From Octopus vulgaris (Eukaryota), in the NCBI GenBank assembly GCA_951406725.2, contig OX597829.1, positions 35,960,001 to 36,024,000 on the forward strand: a DNA stretch of 64,000 bases. Reading direction: 5' to 3'. The notes beneath the pieces were generated by a model. It made no database searches. It was not told the origin of the DNA and was given only the letters and a program-made list of their open reading frames with translations. Below, piece after piece: positions 1 to 12,297 of the stretch. The position numbers and the translations under genes are program-made. Numbering within the stretch: the first letter of the stretch is position 1; each line of letters starts with the position of its first letter.

Positions 1-250
1 CTTGAGCAAAACACTTTATTTCACGTTGCTCCAGTTCACTCAGCTGTAGAAATGAGTTGCGACGTCACAGGTGCCAAGCTGTATCGACCTTTGTCTTTCC
101 CTTGGATAACACTGGTGGCTAAAAGAAGGGAGGCCGGTATGCATGGGTGACTGCTGGTTTTCCATAAACAACCTTGCCCGGACTTGTGCCTGGGAGGGTA
201 ACTTTCTAGGTGCAATCATGACCGAAGGGGGTTTCAGCCCTCTACTGATC
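1..250 (+). mobile_element. tRNA-derived SINE, family D (head outside the window)
   Basis: CTTGAGCAAAACACTTTATTTCACGTTGCTCCAGTTCACTCAGCTGTAGAAATGAGT matches the body of the complete minus-strand SINE at 52993-53232 but continues into a different tail. Confidence 0.6.
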
Positions 251-674
251 ATATTATGTACATTTGTAGTGACTTTACGTAAGTCTCCTTTTGACTAAAT
301 CATATACCCACTAGAAACTATAAAATCATACATACAATAACACCTGTAACATTACACCTTATAAAATCTCTTCGATCCGAATAATTTTAACTGCCCTCAC
401 TACTTTCATACCTATTACCCTCTCTTTTCGGGTTACCTTTATCTTTTCCTTGCCTCAAATTTTAATCCTATCTCTTTATATGCAGGTCATATGTATTTCT
501 TATTATTTTCTATAAATTCTTATTTTGTTTTCTTATTTTGACATCCTTACTTATTAACCTCTTATCCCTTATAAGTTATTTTTCTTGTTCTTAGGGCTCT
601 GCGAGATATCTATACTATATCCGTATAAACGTATAAATATTTTGTGTTTGTGTATATATGCATATATGTACATT

Positions 675-721
<47 letters not shown>

Positions 722-1039
722 ATTTGTATGCATTTTTACACTCTTCTGATTCATAGCTTAAAATTAATAGATAGCATGTAAATCTTTCCAGTTATTCTAT
801 ATGTAAATGTCTTAAGCAGTCTTTATAGAAATCACCTAATAAGTAATTAAAACAGTACATGAATGAATATTAAACTGATTCAATGTAATCTTCCTTTTGA
901 ATGTTTATAATTGATATATACATACCTTTTACCTATATTGGTTATAATATCATTTTTGAAATTCTTAAATTTTATTTTATATACCATAACAGTATTGCTT
1001 ATCACCCATAGTGCCCCTAAATAAAATTTCCTCTGTATT

Positions 1040-1590
1040 AACATCTTAGGTTTCTTAACGTCTTGTCCCTTTAAAGGGTAATTAATATCATGATTTAAAG
1101 TCTACTCCTAGCCTGCCTCTTTTATAGACACTTACTTATATGCGACTGACTACGCCTTATTTCTTCCCTGGATGTATATGGAAAAGGGATGCATATGATA
1201 ATATTTATGACCATACCTAACCATGAGCTGTCAATCCACTCTTGTCCTTTATTCAAAATAGACTCAGTTTTCTAGTCTTAGGTTTATTAGTTGACAAAGA
1301 GACAAGTAAATTAGAAATCAATTACATTTACAACCCTATGACCCACTATGCATCATGCGATTCTTAGAAGTTGTAGTCTTTTTTTAGCTACAATAGTGAC
1401 AACATGAATTTCTTCCATTTTCTTGCTCTGTTAAAATATATAAGAAAAAATATCCCTACTTGATATCCTGCTGCTTATTTTGATTTTATTCACCTTACTT
1501 CGAGCTGTGCGAATAAAATACAGGGCTGAGATGGTGCTTCAATTTAAGATGCACTTGAAGAAGAAACAGCTGTAATTTTACCCTCCCTAC
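1040..1590 (+). mobile_element. Highly decayed Penelope-like element 3' region (possible)
   Basis: Broken translations SCPFKG* and LRSCSLFLA recall the PLE Cys motifs; 1470-1525 recurs at about 38727-38795; ends in a decayed hammerhead-like GAAACAGCTGTA (1563-1574). Confidence 0.3.
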
Positions 1591-1610
1591 ATCATATATA
1601 TATACACACA

Positions 1611-1850
1611 CTCTATTAATAAAGCTGTAAAGACATCGTAAAAATTGTTACTCAGAGTTTCATGTACCCCTTCGTCGGAAAGTTTTGGTCCTACGAAAAC
1701 TGTGATCCAAAATTACGATGAACAGGAACGTGAAACTCTGAGTAACAGTTTTTGTGATGTCTTTGCTGCTTTATTAATAGAGCATATTACTCTACCTCCA
1801 GTATTCGAGTATTGTTTTTTCCAACTTGTTTCACATTTGTGTTAACACTG
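1611..1850 (+). mobile_element. PLE-like terminal fragment with an inverted partial copy, each arm with a decayed hammerhead motif
   Basis: 1611-1688 is the diverged reverse complement of 1707-1782; the arms contain CGATGA or CCGACGA ... GAAACTCTGAGTA. Confidence 0.5.
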
Positions 1851-1859
1851 GTGTATATA

Positions 1860-2226
1860 CAGGCTGATTCAAAAGTCCCCATACATAGGAAAAATTGATA
1901 TTTTTATAAGAAACAGTTTATAAGATCCCCTAGATCCCCTGATCTGAGCCCTCTTAATTTCTGTCTTTGGGGACATTTGAAAGGCATGGGGTATCGCGGA
2001 AAGATAAAAGACATAAATCATTTGAAGGAACGTATCACCAACTCATTTGCAGAAGTATCACCAGATGTACTTTTAGGAGTTCACAATGAGTGGAGCAAAT
2101 GTATTGCAATGTGTATTCAAAACAATGGTAACCATATAGAACCTCTTAAAGGAAAAAAAAACTGTTCTTATAAACTGTTTCTTATAAAAAGATAAATTGT
2201 TCCTATGTATGTCGACTTTTGAATCA

Positions 2227-2231
<5 letters not shown>
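1860..2231 (+). mobile_element. Internally deleted Tc1/mariner-superfamily DNA transposon
   Basis: About 65-bp TIRs (CAGGCTGATTCAAAAGTCCCCATACATAGGAA... / ...TTCCTATGTATGTCGACTTTTGAATCAACTTA), TA flanks, transposase C-terminus PRSPDLSPLNFCLWGHLK...CIQNNGNHIE. Confidence 0.9.
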
Positions 2232-2277
<46 letters not shown>

Positions 2278-2295
2278 CTGTGATGTGTGTGTGTG

Positions 2296-2329
<34 letters not shown>

Positions 2330-2348
2330 CGCGTGTGTGTCTGTATGG

Positions 2349-3118
2349 TTGTAGGCATCCGTCGGTCTCAAGAAGTCATGGATCTGCGCCCAAAGAAATC
2401 GTGTCAGCTGCTGATGGCGCGACAGCGTCTTTTGTGACTATACAGGCCCACACGGGAGTGGCAGTTACGCATACAGCGACTGCATTTGAAGGAGCTCTCT
2501 GTCGGTGCTGCTTATTTTCCGTCGATTGCAATTTTCTCTGATGGTGAGTACCAGTTTTTTTTCCGCTCTCTTCATCTCTTCATTCTCTTTCGGGGTATTT
2601 GTCTCCATTGTGGGCAACCTCCTCACATCTTAAGACGTCCAGCTCAAGCGAATTCATATCTTTCTTACAGACATCTATGAAACGAAGATGATGTCCTCAT
2701 GCTCTGTGCCGGTAGCCAAATCCCCATTCTGGAGGTCTTTTGCAATCCTTCCGTCTAGCATGCGATGAACATGACCGAGTCAGCGCAACGACGCCGCAGG
2801 AGCAAGAGGTGTATGCTGGATATCATGGCTCGTTTGAGGACTTAGGTGTTCTTGATGTGGTCGGTGTCCAAGATGCATCATGATGAAAGACGTTGTAACG
2901 GCGCTCCTGCCTAGACTAGAAGTTCCACGTCTGACTGCCATAAAGTAGTGTACTAAGAACGCATACCTTATAGACAACAATCTTGGTGTTTGCAGCCAGT
3001 ATTTTTCCCACACACTCTCTTTGTGATCCTGGTAAATGTGGAGGATGATTGTCCGATTCGCCCTTTGATCCCAGGGTCCAGGGAGGTCATCAGCGATGGT
3101 AGAGCCGTGATAGGTGAT
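2349..3118 (-). mobile_element. RTE-clade LINE, 5'-truncated and frameshifted ORF 3' end
   Basis: Minus-strand fragments TYHGSTIADDL, RIGQSSSTF, CVLSTLLYGSQTW, LGHVHRMLDGRIAK, terminal zinc knuckle FKCSRCMRNCHSRVGLYSHKRRC, short 3' UTR ending GAGACCGACGGATGCCTACA. Confidence 0.9.
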
Positions 3119-3127
3119 GTATATATA

Positions 3128-3895
3128 TCAAGTCATCCCATAAGTAATGTCTGAACATGTATAAACGCTTTAACAGTATTTTAGAATGTCTAATGGCATC
3201 AAGCCATATATGTATGTATTTGGACATATTTAAACCAATTACATTTCATTTTCTAGTATAATCTGATTGAGATTTCACTAATTATAGCTCTTCAGACACA
3301 AAAGTATCTAAGGGGCATTTGAGGCACATAATGCTTTATAAGTTTAAAAAAGGGAACTCTGCAGCTGAAGCTATTCGAAATATTCACTCGCTTATGGAAA
3401 AGAGTGCCTGAGTGAAAGAACTTTCAGAAGATGGTTTGTGAATTTCAGAAAGGGAAATTTCAGGATTAAAGAAGAGGCTCGAACAGGACATGCGATTGAG
3501 TTTGATGAAAAGTTCCTTTTGGCAGATTTTGTAAAAGATGATGCAGTTTCAGCTGAAGAATTAGCAAGCAAGCTTCGTTCAAGCCATACAACTGTATATA
3601 TCCTTCTTTTATCCACCTTATTCCTCAGGCCTTGCTCCTTCAGATTACCTTTTGTTAATGCATCATTTAGATGCATTAAACCTCAATACAACTGAGGAAG
3701 TCGAAACCGGCATTTCAGAGATCTTCTCTTTGAAACCAACAGTTTTTTCTCTAATGGGATGAAAAAGCTTACGAGTTGATGGAAAAATGGTATAGTGATG
3801 GAAGCAATAATGACGACTAAGTTTCATTAAAATGTAAGATTTGGTCACTTGTTTTCCTTATTTAAAATCCGGACATTACTTATGGAATGACCTGA
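3128..3895 (+). mobile_element. Internally deleted mariner (DD34D) transposon
   Basis: TIRs TCAAGTCATCCCATAAGTAATGTCTGA / TCCGGACATTACTTATGGAATGACCTGA with TA flanks; N-terminal HLRHIMLYKFKKGNSAAEA...RTFRRWFVNFRKGNF joined to YPPYSSGLAPSDYLL (the HPPYSPDLAPSD motif). Confidence 0.92.
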
Positions 3896-3931
3896 TATAT
3901 ATATATGTATGTGTGTGTGTGTGCGTATATG

Positions 3932-4017
<86 letters not shown>

Positions 4018-4120
4018 CATATATATATGCATATATATACATACATATATATATATACACCTATATATATATATGTATATAATTTTATATGTATATGTAT
4101 ATATATATATATGACACATA

Positions 4121-4548
4121 TCCTTTTACCTTTTCCTTTTACTTGTTTCAGTCATTTGACTGAAGCCATGCTGGAGCACCGCCTTTAGTCGAGCAAATCA
4201 ACCCCAGGACTTATTCTTTGTAAGACTAGTACTTACACTATCGGTCTTTGGCCGAACCGCTAAGTTACGGGGATGTTAACACAACAGCATCGGTTGTCAA
4301 GCGATATTGGGGAACAAATAGAGATACACAAATATATAAACACACACACACACACACACACATACACACATATATATATATACATATACGACGGGCTTCT
4401 TCTAGTTTCCATCTACCAAATCCACTCACAAGTATTTGGGCAGCCCGGGACTATAGTAGAAGACACTTGCCTAAGGTGCCACGCAGCGGGACTGATCCCA
4501 GGACCATGTGGTTGGTAAGCAAGCTACTCACCACACAGCTACTCCTGC
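4121..4548 (-). mobile_element. tRNA-derived SINE family A, full length
   Basis: Minus-strand head with pol III A and B boxes (family consensus TGGCTGTGTGG and GGTTCAGTCCC), internal (TA)n(TG)n, tail GGCGGTGCTCCAGCATGG..CAGTCAAATGACTGAAACAAGTAAAAG; many copies in the window. Confidence 0.9.
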
Positions 4549-4619
4549 ATAGATATATATATATATATATATGATATATATCTACAAGTATATATAAATA
4601 TACATGATACATGAGTATA

Positions 4620-4678
<59 letters not shown>

Positions 4679-4784
4679 ATACATCTATTTTAGTGTGCCA
4701 TTGTATTTCCCCACCACCACCACCACCACCACCACGTGACAATCGGGTTTGGGTCTTTATATCCCTTTAACTGAGTGCTTCGGC

Positions 4785-4920
4785 TTAAGATACCGATAGA
4801 ATAAGTTGCAGGCTTGAAATAAAAATCGAGTACTCCGGTCGATTTGTTGGACTAAATGTTTTCTAAGGTGATACCCCAGCATGGCAACAGTCCAATGACT
4901 GAAACCAATAACAAATGAAA
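4785..4920 (+). mobile_element. SINE family A 3' fragment
   Basis: ACCGATAGAATAAG...CCCCAGCATGGCAACAGTCCAATGACTGAAAC. Confidence 0.7.
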
Positions 4921-5489
4921 GAAGATATGCTTTATTAAACACACAGATACGTTCAGGTTTTATTTTATTTTTCTTTCAATTAGTGTATACAAAAAAAAAA
5001 AAAACATTCAAATCAATTCTTAAAAATTGAGTCTGTGAAAGTCTAGAGACGCTGCATATGGATTTTGGAATTTTATTGTTCGAAACCAACTGTAAAACGT
5101 TAACAAGAAAATATGAAAAATAAAGAAGGTAAATTAGAAACATAGTCATATTTCAATGTAGCATGCATAAAAGAAAAGTTGTTTTATATATACGAACATA
5201 TACACACGCCAAATACACATACACATATATAAACATAGATTCATGGAGAGAGGGAAATAGAAATAGTGTAAGTCAAAGATATGTTTGTATATGTCGGTGT
5301 GAGAGTGTAAATATGTGCGTATATGTAGAGATATAGGCGTTTTTGTATGTCTATATATATATGTGTGTGTGCATGCATATATATATATATATGTTTGTAT
5401 ATATATGCATGTATATATATGTATGTATATATATACATACATACGCACATATACATATATACACATACACACACACACGCGCGCATATA

Positions 5490-5839
5490 TGTGGTTAGGG
5501 CAGCGGACTCGCGGTCACAGGATCGCGGTTTCGATTCCCAGACCGGGCGATGTGAGAGTCTATTGAGCTCCAGCAGAGGGTGGTGGCGAACCCTGCAGTA
5601 CTGTTTCACCACAACTTTCTCTCACTCTTTCTTTCTGTTGTACCTGTATTTCAAAGGGGCCAGCCTTGTCACACCCTGTGTCACGCAAAATCTCCCCGAG
5701 AATTACGGTCGGGGTACACGTGTGTGTGTGCAGGGGGGGGGGTGCTCAGCCACTTGCACGTTAATTTCACGAGCAGGCTGTTCTGTTGATCGGATCAACT
5801 GGAACCCTCGTCGTGGTAAGCAGTGGAGTGTCACGACGA

Positions 5840-5842
<3 letters not shown>
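5490..5842 (+). mobile_element. tRNA-derived SINE family C (tail alpha)
   Basis: Head GTGGTTAGGGCAGCGGACTCGCGGTC...GGTTTCGATTCCC; a second copy lies on the minus strand at 57952-58340; ends in (CGA)n. Confidence 0.85.
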
Positions 5843-5892
<50 letters not shown>

Positions 5893-5931
5893 AATATGTG
5901 TGTGTGTGTATATATATACATATATACATAC

Positions 5932-6034
<103 letters not shown>

Positions 6035-6049
6035 AAGATATACACATAC

Positions 6050-6129
6050 AAATATCTGCGTCACAATGTATAGCAATCTTTCTAAACGTCTCACATCGGA
6101 AATTAAATATATTCCTGTATGAAGTATAG
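6050..6129 (-). CDS. Candidate internal exon (unverified)
   Basis: Acceptor TTTTTTCGTTCTTTTTTCAG, donor GTATGT, open frame YTSYRNIFNFRCETFRKIAIHCDADI. Confidence 0.22.
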
Positions 6130-7461
6130 CTGAAAAAAGAACGAAAAAAAAAAATCTGCGATATTTTGCACAGATATTAATTTTGCGTTTATACTAATTT
6201 TTATTGTCAAACCAAATATTGAAATTTGATATTAAATCTTCAAAATCTATTGCCAGAAATACTGTATTGAAATGTATAAATTGTTTTATTCACTGCGCCG
6301 TATCACTATTTTGACTAGGAGGAAAACAATATTGTGCTTCTTTTTAAGTGTAAATAGGAATATGTGAGTTTCATTTATTTCCCAAGACTATTGAAATGAA
6401 ATGGTTTAAACTCCGCAATCTAAAGTATATCAGCACCGATGAATTATATCTTACTTTATAACGCTCCCATATGCGTTATTGCTAATATTGATTTTTTCTA
6501 ACTAGGCACGGAGCCAAGATTTTGTAAACGAGGTAGATATAGAAGAATTTATACATCGTTATCGTTTTAAATATTTTTGGCAATTTATATGTCGGAGGAA
6601 TGTAAAGACGATCCCCCATTATATATGTACTCAGGTCCGTGAGGAAAATTAGTGAATACTAAATATGTTTTTATACCGACAATCTACCCTCTCACTTTGA
6701 TTGCACAAATATTGGTGGAAGTAATCGTAAGATATCAGCTACACAAAAATAAATTTCTTTCATCTCCTCGGTAGCCACCAGTACAACACTGAAACTCTAA
6801 ATAGCACATCAGTAGTTTCAAGACTTTAAGAACTTTTTAATGGATCAAAGCTGTCACGTATTTGGCGTGAATAGATTCAATAGAGGGTATTCTTACAAAC
6901 TTCATTATATTCTCGAGCTGAAATATTTCTAAAACTATATTTACGGTACTCTGTTTAGCACTTAGACTAGATTTCACTACATACGAACGAACAATACAAC
7001 AAATTTAAGTCGATGAAATACTGCAGAGAGGGTATATCCCCATCCAGTGTTCATTAGTATGTTGGAATCGTAGACTCAACTCAACCCAAACAGACGTCTA
7101 AAATAACTTACGTACACAAACAATATCATTATTCGAGGTCACTATACACGGTGTTTTTTTTTTTTTTCTCTAAAATGACTTTTAATTACAAGACTTTAGA
7201 ATTTCACGTATATTCACATGCGCGTATCTGTGAATGTTTGCATGGAGGGGTGCATTTATTTACCTATGATTTTGACTGAAAGGCACTTTACATTCTTTGC
7301 TCTTAGAGTTTTTAAGTAATAGTTTCAATTTTCGCTTTATATCGAATATCCTTGTATTCGAATATGCATATTTGCCTCATATTCTATTTTTCTTGTTCTT
7401 CGCCACAATTCGTCTTAATAACAATGATCAGTCGAAAGACTAGTCTTTGCGTTAACAGTCC

Positions 7462-7554
7462 ATGTCTAGAAATTTTCTCATTTTTCTTCTTGTTTTGAAT
7501 CCGATCGTCAGTACTCCAGCAGTTTCTATGTTGCTGACACTGCCAAATTCAGCA
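7462..7554 (+). CDS. Candidate first coding exon with a signal-peptide-like product (unverified)
   Basis: ATG...MSRNFLIFLLVLNPIVSTPAVSMLLTLPNSA directly followed by a GTAAGT donor (phase 0), in the longest repeat-poor block (6100-7700). Confidence 0.28.
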
Positions 7555-7913
7555 GTAAGTGTCGAAATTGTGATGATATTCGGTCGATAACTCGCAAACG
7601 GTAGAGAATGTTTGCTCCATTTAAGTTATATTTCTTTTTTGTTCTTTGTGATTTGTTTTCCTCTTAATTATTTTCATCTCCTCATAATGCCCCCTCTCTT
7701 ACTTCATAGACAGACACACACATACATATAATTTGTGAGCGCGTGCGAGTGTATGTATGTTTGTTTGTTCCCCTTGATGTATATCACTGAAAATAATGCA
7801 AGTTACATTCGCACAAAACCTACTTATAAAGATTGAATCTGAATATTAAAGACTCTCACTTGGTTATCAATTTATCTCAGTCAAGCGGGGCTTAAGGCAG
7901 TGTGTGAATTTAT

Positions 7914-8010
<97 letters not shown>

Positions 8011-8504
8011 AATGAGTAAATATTCAAAATGAATACTCATAAAAATGTTGTTATTATTATTATCATTAGCGGCAAATCAAAATAATTGATAATAACAATA
8101 ACATTAGTGGCAGCAAGCATTAGACAGCTATACAATAAATTCTTAATTATATAAGAGGGTACAGGAAGCACCAGCTTGCTCGAGAGAGGAAGTAAAACCC
8201 CCCAACTTACTCACTAATCTCACTGAAAATATGTAACGGACCAACAGAAATCGGGAAATGAGTGGAATATAACATATTTTCTCAGCTAAAAAGCCATTGA
8301 ATAAGGTAATAGATATACCTGGATCATGATTTCAAATTCTAGCTAAAGCCTTAATTCTCATCAATAGGTCTGGCTGTACTTAAAATGAAAAGTTCATTTC
8401 GCCTATTAGTAATCCTTTACGCCTTGAATAGTCCCGTACCAAATTTAAAACATATGTGTGTGTGTGCGTGTGTGTGTATGTAAGTATGTATGTATATATG
8501 TATG

Positions 8505-8808
8505 TTGTTTGTTCCTTCTCGAGCTACGCCTGGCTCATAAGGGCCGGTTTCCCGGTTCCTTTGGCGTATAGGTTCCCCACCTGGACGGGACGCCGGTCCG
8601 TCGCAAGTGAGCTGCAAGATGCAGGAGGAAAGAGTGAGAGAAAGTTGTGGCAAAAGTGTCAGCAGAAGTTCGCCATTACTTTCTGCCGGAGCCGCGTGGA
8701 GCTTAGATGTTTCGCTCATAAACACACACATCGCTCGGTCTGAGATTCGAACCTGCGATACCTCGACCGCGAGTCCGCTGCTCTAACCACTAGGCCATGT
8801 GCCTCCAC
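8505..8808 (-). mobile_element. tRNA-derived SINE, family C head and body with tail beta
   Basis: Minus strand GGCACATGGCCTAGTGGTTAGAGCAGCGGACTCGCGGTC...GGTTCGAATCTC, then GGACCGGCGTCCCGTCCAGG...GGGAAACCGGCCCTTATGAGCCAGG. Confidence 0.85.
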
Positions 8809-8912
8809 ATATATGTATGTATGTATATACAATACGGAGCAAATAACTCACGAGAAAAATATTCAAGAAAATATAAATCCTTCAGCTATATGTATATACA
8901 TTTATATACATA

Positions 8913-9425
8913 CTAGCAGTATCGCCCGGCGTTGCTCGGGTTTGTAAGGGAAATAACTATAAAAGCATTTTTAGAGAGTTACTTCCCTTATAGATGCCAA
9001 TTCGGGCTTTCTTAGCCATTTCTGTTTTGGTGTCTTCAAGCCATGAAGTCGTTGTTCTAAAAGAACGCTGGTCTCCTTGACAACGCTTTATGACGTTGAT
9101 TTCCTTACACTCCCTTCCCCACAGCTTCACGAGGGAGGGAAGAAGGGGGAGAAGCAAACAGGTGCAGGTGTGACCATGAACGCCAACTCCGCCGCCATCG
9201 ACACACGAAAAATTATGCATTAAAATGGAATAAAAAATTATGTTAAATTATTTTTAAAATCGTAGACTCATCGTAGACGCGCGCTAATACTCAGACGGGC
9301 TCGATATGAATCACGACTATAAGATACCCGAATTTGGTTAAACTGCACCGCAAAATGTGGGAGTAGTTAGGAATCTAAATCGAAGGGGACAGACACTCAC
9401 ACAACTACAGTTTTATATATATAGA
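8913..9425 (-). mobile_element. Complete non-autonomous Helitron (513 bp)
   Basis: Minus strand starts TCTATATATATAAAAC and ends with hairpin CCCGAGCAACGCCGGG + CGATACTG + CTAG; inserted between A and T with no TSD. Confidence 0.92.
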
Positions 9426-9426
9426 T

Positions 9427-9772
9427 AGGCGTGGCTGTGTGATAAGGAACTTACTTCCCAAACACATTGTTTCGGATTCAGTCCCACTGCATGGCACCTC
9501 GGGCAAGTGTCTCCCATTATAGCCTCCGGCCAACCAAGGCCTTGTTAGGGGATTTGGTATATATGGCTATGTATATTGTTTTTGTGTATCTGTGTCTGTT
9601 CCCCCTCCATCGCTTGACAGCCGATGTTAGTGTGTTTACGTCCCCGTAACTTAGCAATTCGGTAAAAGAGGCCTATAGAATAAGGCTTACAAAGAATAAG
9701 TCCTAGAGTCGCTGTGTTCGACTAAAGGCGGTACGCCAGCATGGTCGCACTCAAAAACCCTGAAACAACTAA
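9427..9772 (+). mobile_element. SINE family A
   Basis: GGCGTGGCTGTGTGATAAGG...GGATTCAGTCCC...CCAGCATGGTCGCA. Confidence 0.85.
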
Positions 9773-9773
9773 A

Positions 9774-9806
<33 letters not shown>

Positions 9807-9973
9807 TGTATACATGTGTGTGTATTTGTATATATAATGAACGTATGTATCATCTGATTAATCATATTTATACTAAGTTCCTGATAACTACTTCATAATA
9901 CCTTCCTCAAAGCATTAACAACCGTTTGTCTAATATTTTAATATGCATTATGTACGTATTTGATAGTGGTTAT

Positions 9974-9995
9974 AATGATGATAATGATGATGGTG

Positions 9996-10045
<50 letters not shown>

Positions 10046-10250
10046 GTGATGATGGTGGTGGTGGTGCTGGTGGTGGTGGTGGTGTTGATGATGATGATAG
10101 TGGTGGTGGTGATGATGATTGTAGTAGTGGTTGTAGTGGTGGTGGTTTACGGTGGGGTTAGTGGTATGATGGCCGTGGTAGTGGTAGTGGTAGTGGTAGT
10201 AGTAGTGGTGATGACGATGATGGTGATTGTAGTGCTGGTGGCAGTTGGTG
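9974..10250. repeat. Compound (GAT)n/(GGT)n/(GTA)n trinucleotide repeat
   Basis: Read directly; explains the poly-M/V and poly-H ORFs. Confidence 0.95.
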
Positions 10251-10500
10251 TTTATAGAGTGTTTCGTCTTCTCCGTACGAAACTTATAATTTACGATCGT
10301 TACCGTCATTACATACTATCGACATCCATAAGTCGACAAATATCTATTAATACAATCACACGTATTAATATCTGTGTAGATAGCATATTAAACATGCTTT
10401 TCAGTAATTCAACAAATGGGTCATATCAGCATGACTTTGCATTGATAGCCATAGATTGTACTAAAATAGGTTTAATAATTCAAATATATCTATGTATCTA

Positions 10501-10588
<88 letters not shown>

Positions 10589-10589
10589 A

Positions 10590-10704
<115 letters not shown>

Positions 10705-10744
10705 AATCTATCTATCTGTCTGTCTGTCTATCTACATTCATCTA

Positions 10745-11120
10745 TTCTTTTATTCTTTTACTTGCTTCAGTCATTTGACTGCGCCCATGCTGGAGAACCA
10801 CCTTTAGCCGAACAGATCGACCCCAGGATTTATTCTTTGTAAGCCTAGAACTTATTCTATCGGTGTCTTTTGTCGAACCGCTAGATTACAGGGACACGCC
10901 AACATCGGTGTCAAACAATGGTGTGGGGACAAAAATAGACACACACACACACACACACACACGATTGACTTATTTCAGTTTCGTCTACCAAGTCCACTCA
11001 CAGGGCTTTGGTCGGCCCAAGACTATAGTAGAAGACAATTGCTCAAGGTGTCACGCAATGGGACTGAACCCGGAACCATGTTGTTGGGAATGAAGCTTCT
11101 TACCACACACACACTCCTGC
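10745..11120 (-). mobile_element. SINE family A
   Basis: Aligns over its full length to 4121-4548. Confidence 0.9.
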
Positions 11121-11284
11121 ATTTATATATATTTTTTTTATTTGTGGCTGGGGAATCATTCTCTTTTAATGCCTAATTAATTTAACACACTCACCAGTCT
11201 TATTTCCACTCATTTACATTCAAAAACGATATATATATATATATATACATATATATATGCATATATAAATACACACACACACAC

Positions 11285-11366
<82 letters not shown>

Positions 11367-11368
11367 TA

Positions 11369-11571
11369 TGTGACCTCGTGTGTACCGTTGGCGATTTTTT
11401 TCCTCTGTCTTCCCTTCTCTGGATCTTTCCTTCTCCTATGTTTCCGACGAAGATCTCTGCTCGAAACGTTAAACCCTCCTTCTTTCTTTCCTGAGCGTCC
11501 AATAATACTATATTTGTACCACGTCCTCGCGTTGTTGTGTTTTTTTTGTGCTTTCTTGTTTTGATTAACTT
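11369..11571 (+). mobile_element. About 200-bp hammerhead-bearing PLE-like element F1
   Basis: TGTGACCTCGTG...GTTT-CCGACGA-AGATCTCTGCTC-GAAACGTT-AAAC...ATTAACT, flanked by (TA)n; 7 copies in the window. Confidence 0.75.
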
Positions 11572-11662
11572 TATATATATGTATATATATATAACTTAGA
11601 ATAACTTAGAAAGGTTTTGGCCAGTAATGGCCCAGGCCATGTCTAATTTAAAAGCACCACCT

Positions 11663-11713
<51 letters not shown>

Positions 11714-11746
11714 ATATGTTACAATTATTCAATACTCAAGATAAAA

Positions 11747-11801
<55 letters not shown>

Positions 11802-11895
11802 GTATACATATAGATATATAATCTATATGTATTTATATAGTCTAATTATATAAATATATATACATGCATCTCTGTCTGTCAGTCTGTATCTTTCT

Positions 11896-12041
11896 GTGGT
11901 AAGAAACTTGCTTTCCAGCCATATGATTCCGGGTTCAGTCCCACTACGTGACACGTTGGACAAGTGCCTACTACTATAGGCTCGGGCCGACCACAGCCTT
12001 GTGAGTGGATTTGGTAGACGGAATCTGAAATAAGTCCGTCG

Positions 12042-12042
<1 letters not shown>
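11896..12042 (+). mobile_element. SINE family A 5' half
   Basis: GTGGTAAGAAACTTGC...GGGTTCAGTCCC...GGATTTGGTAGACGG. Confidence 0.8.
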
Positions 12043-12097
<55 letters not shown>

Positions 12098-12139
12098 CTG
12101 AAATTTTCCTCCGGTAATTTAGATTTCGTAATTATTGTT

Positions 12140-12297
<158 letters not shown>

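Noticed and set aside
8730-8808. tRNA-like sequences with A and B boxes (also near 53160-53232 and the SINE A and B heads)
   Set aside because: They continue into multi-copy SINE bodies and lack a clean cloverleaf; these are SINE heads, not tRNA genes
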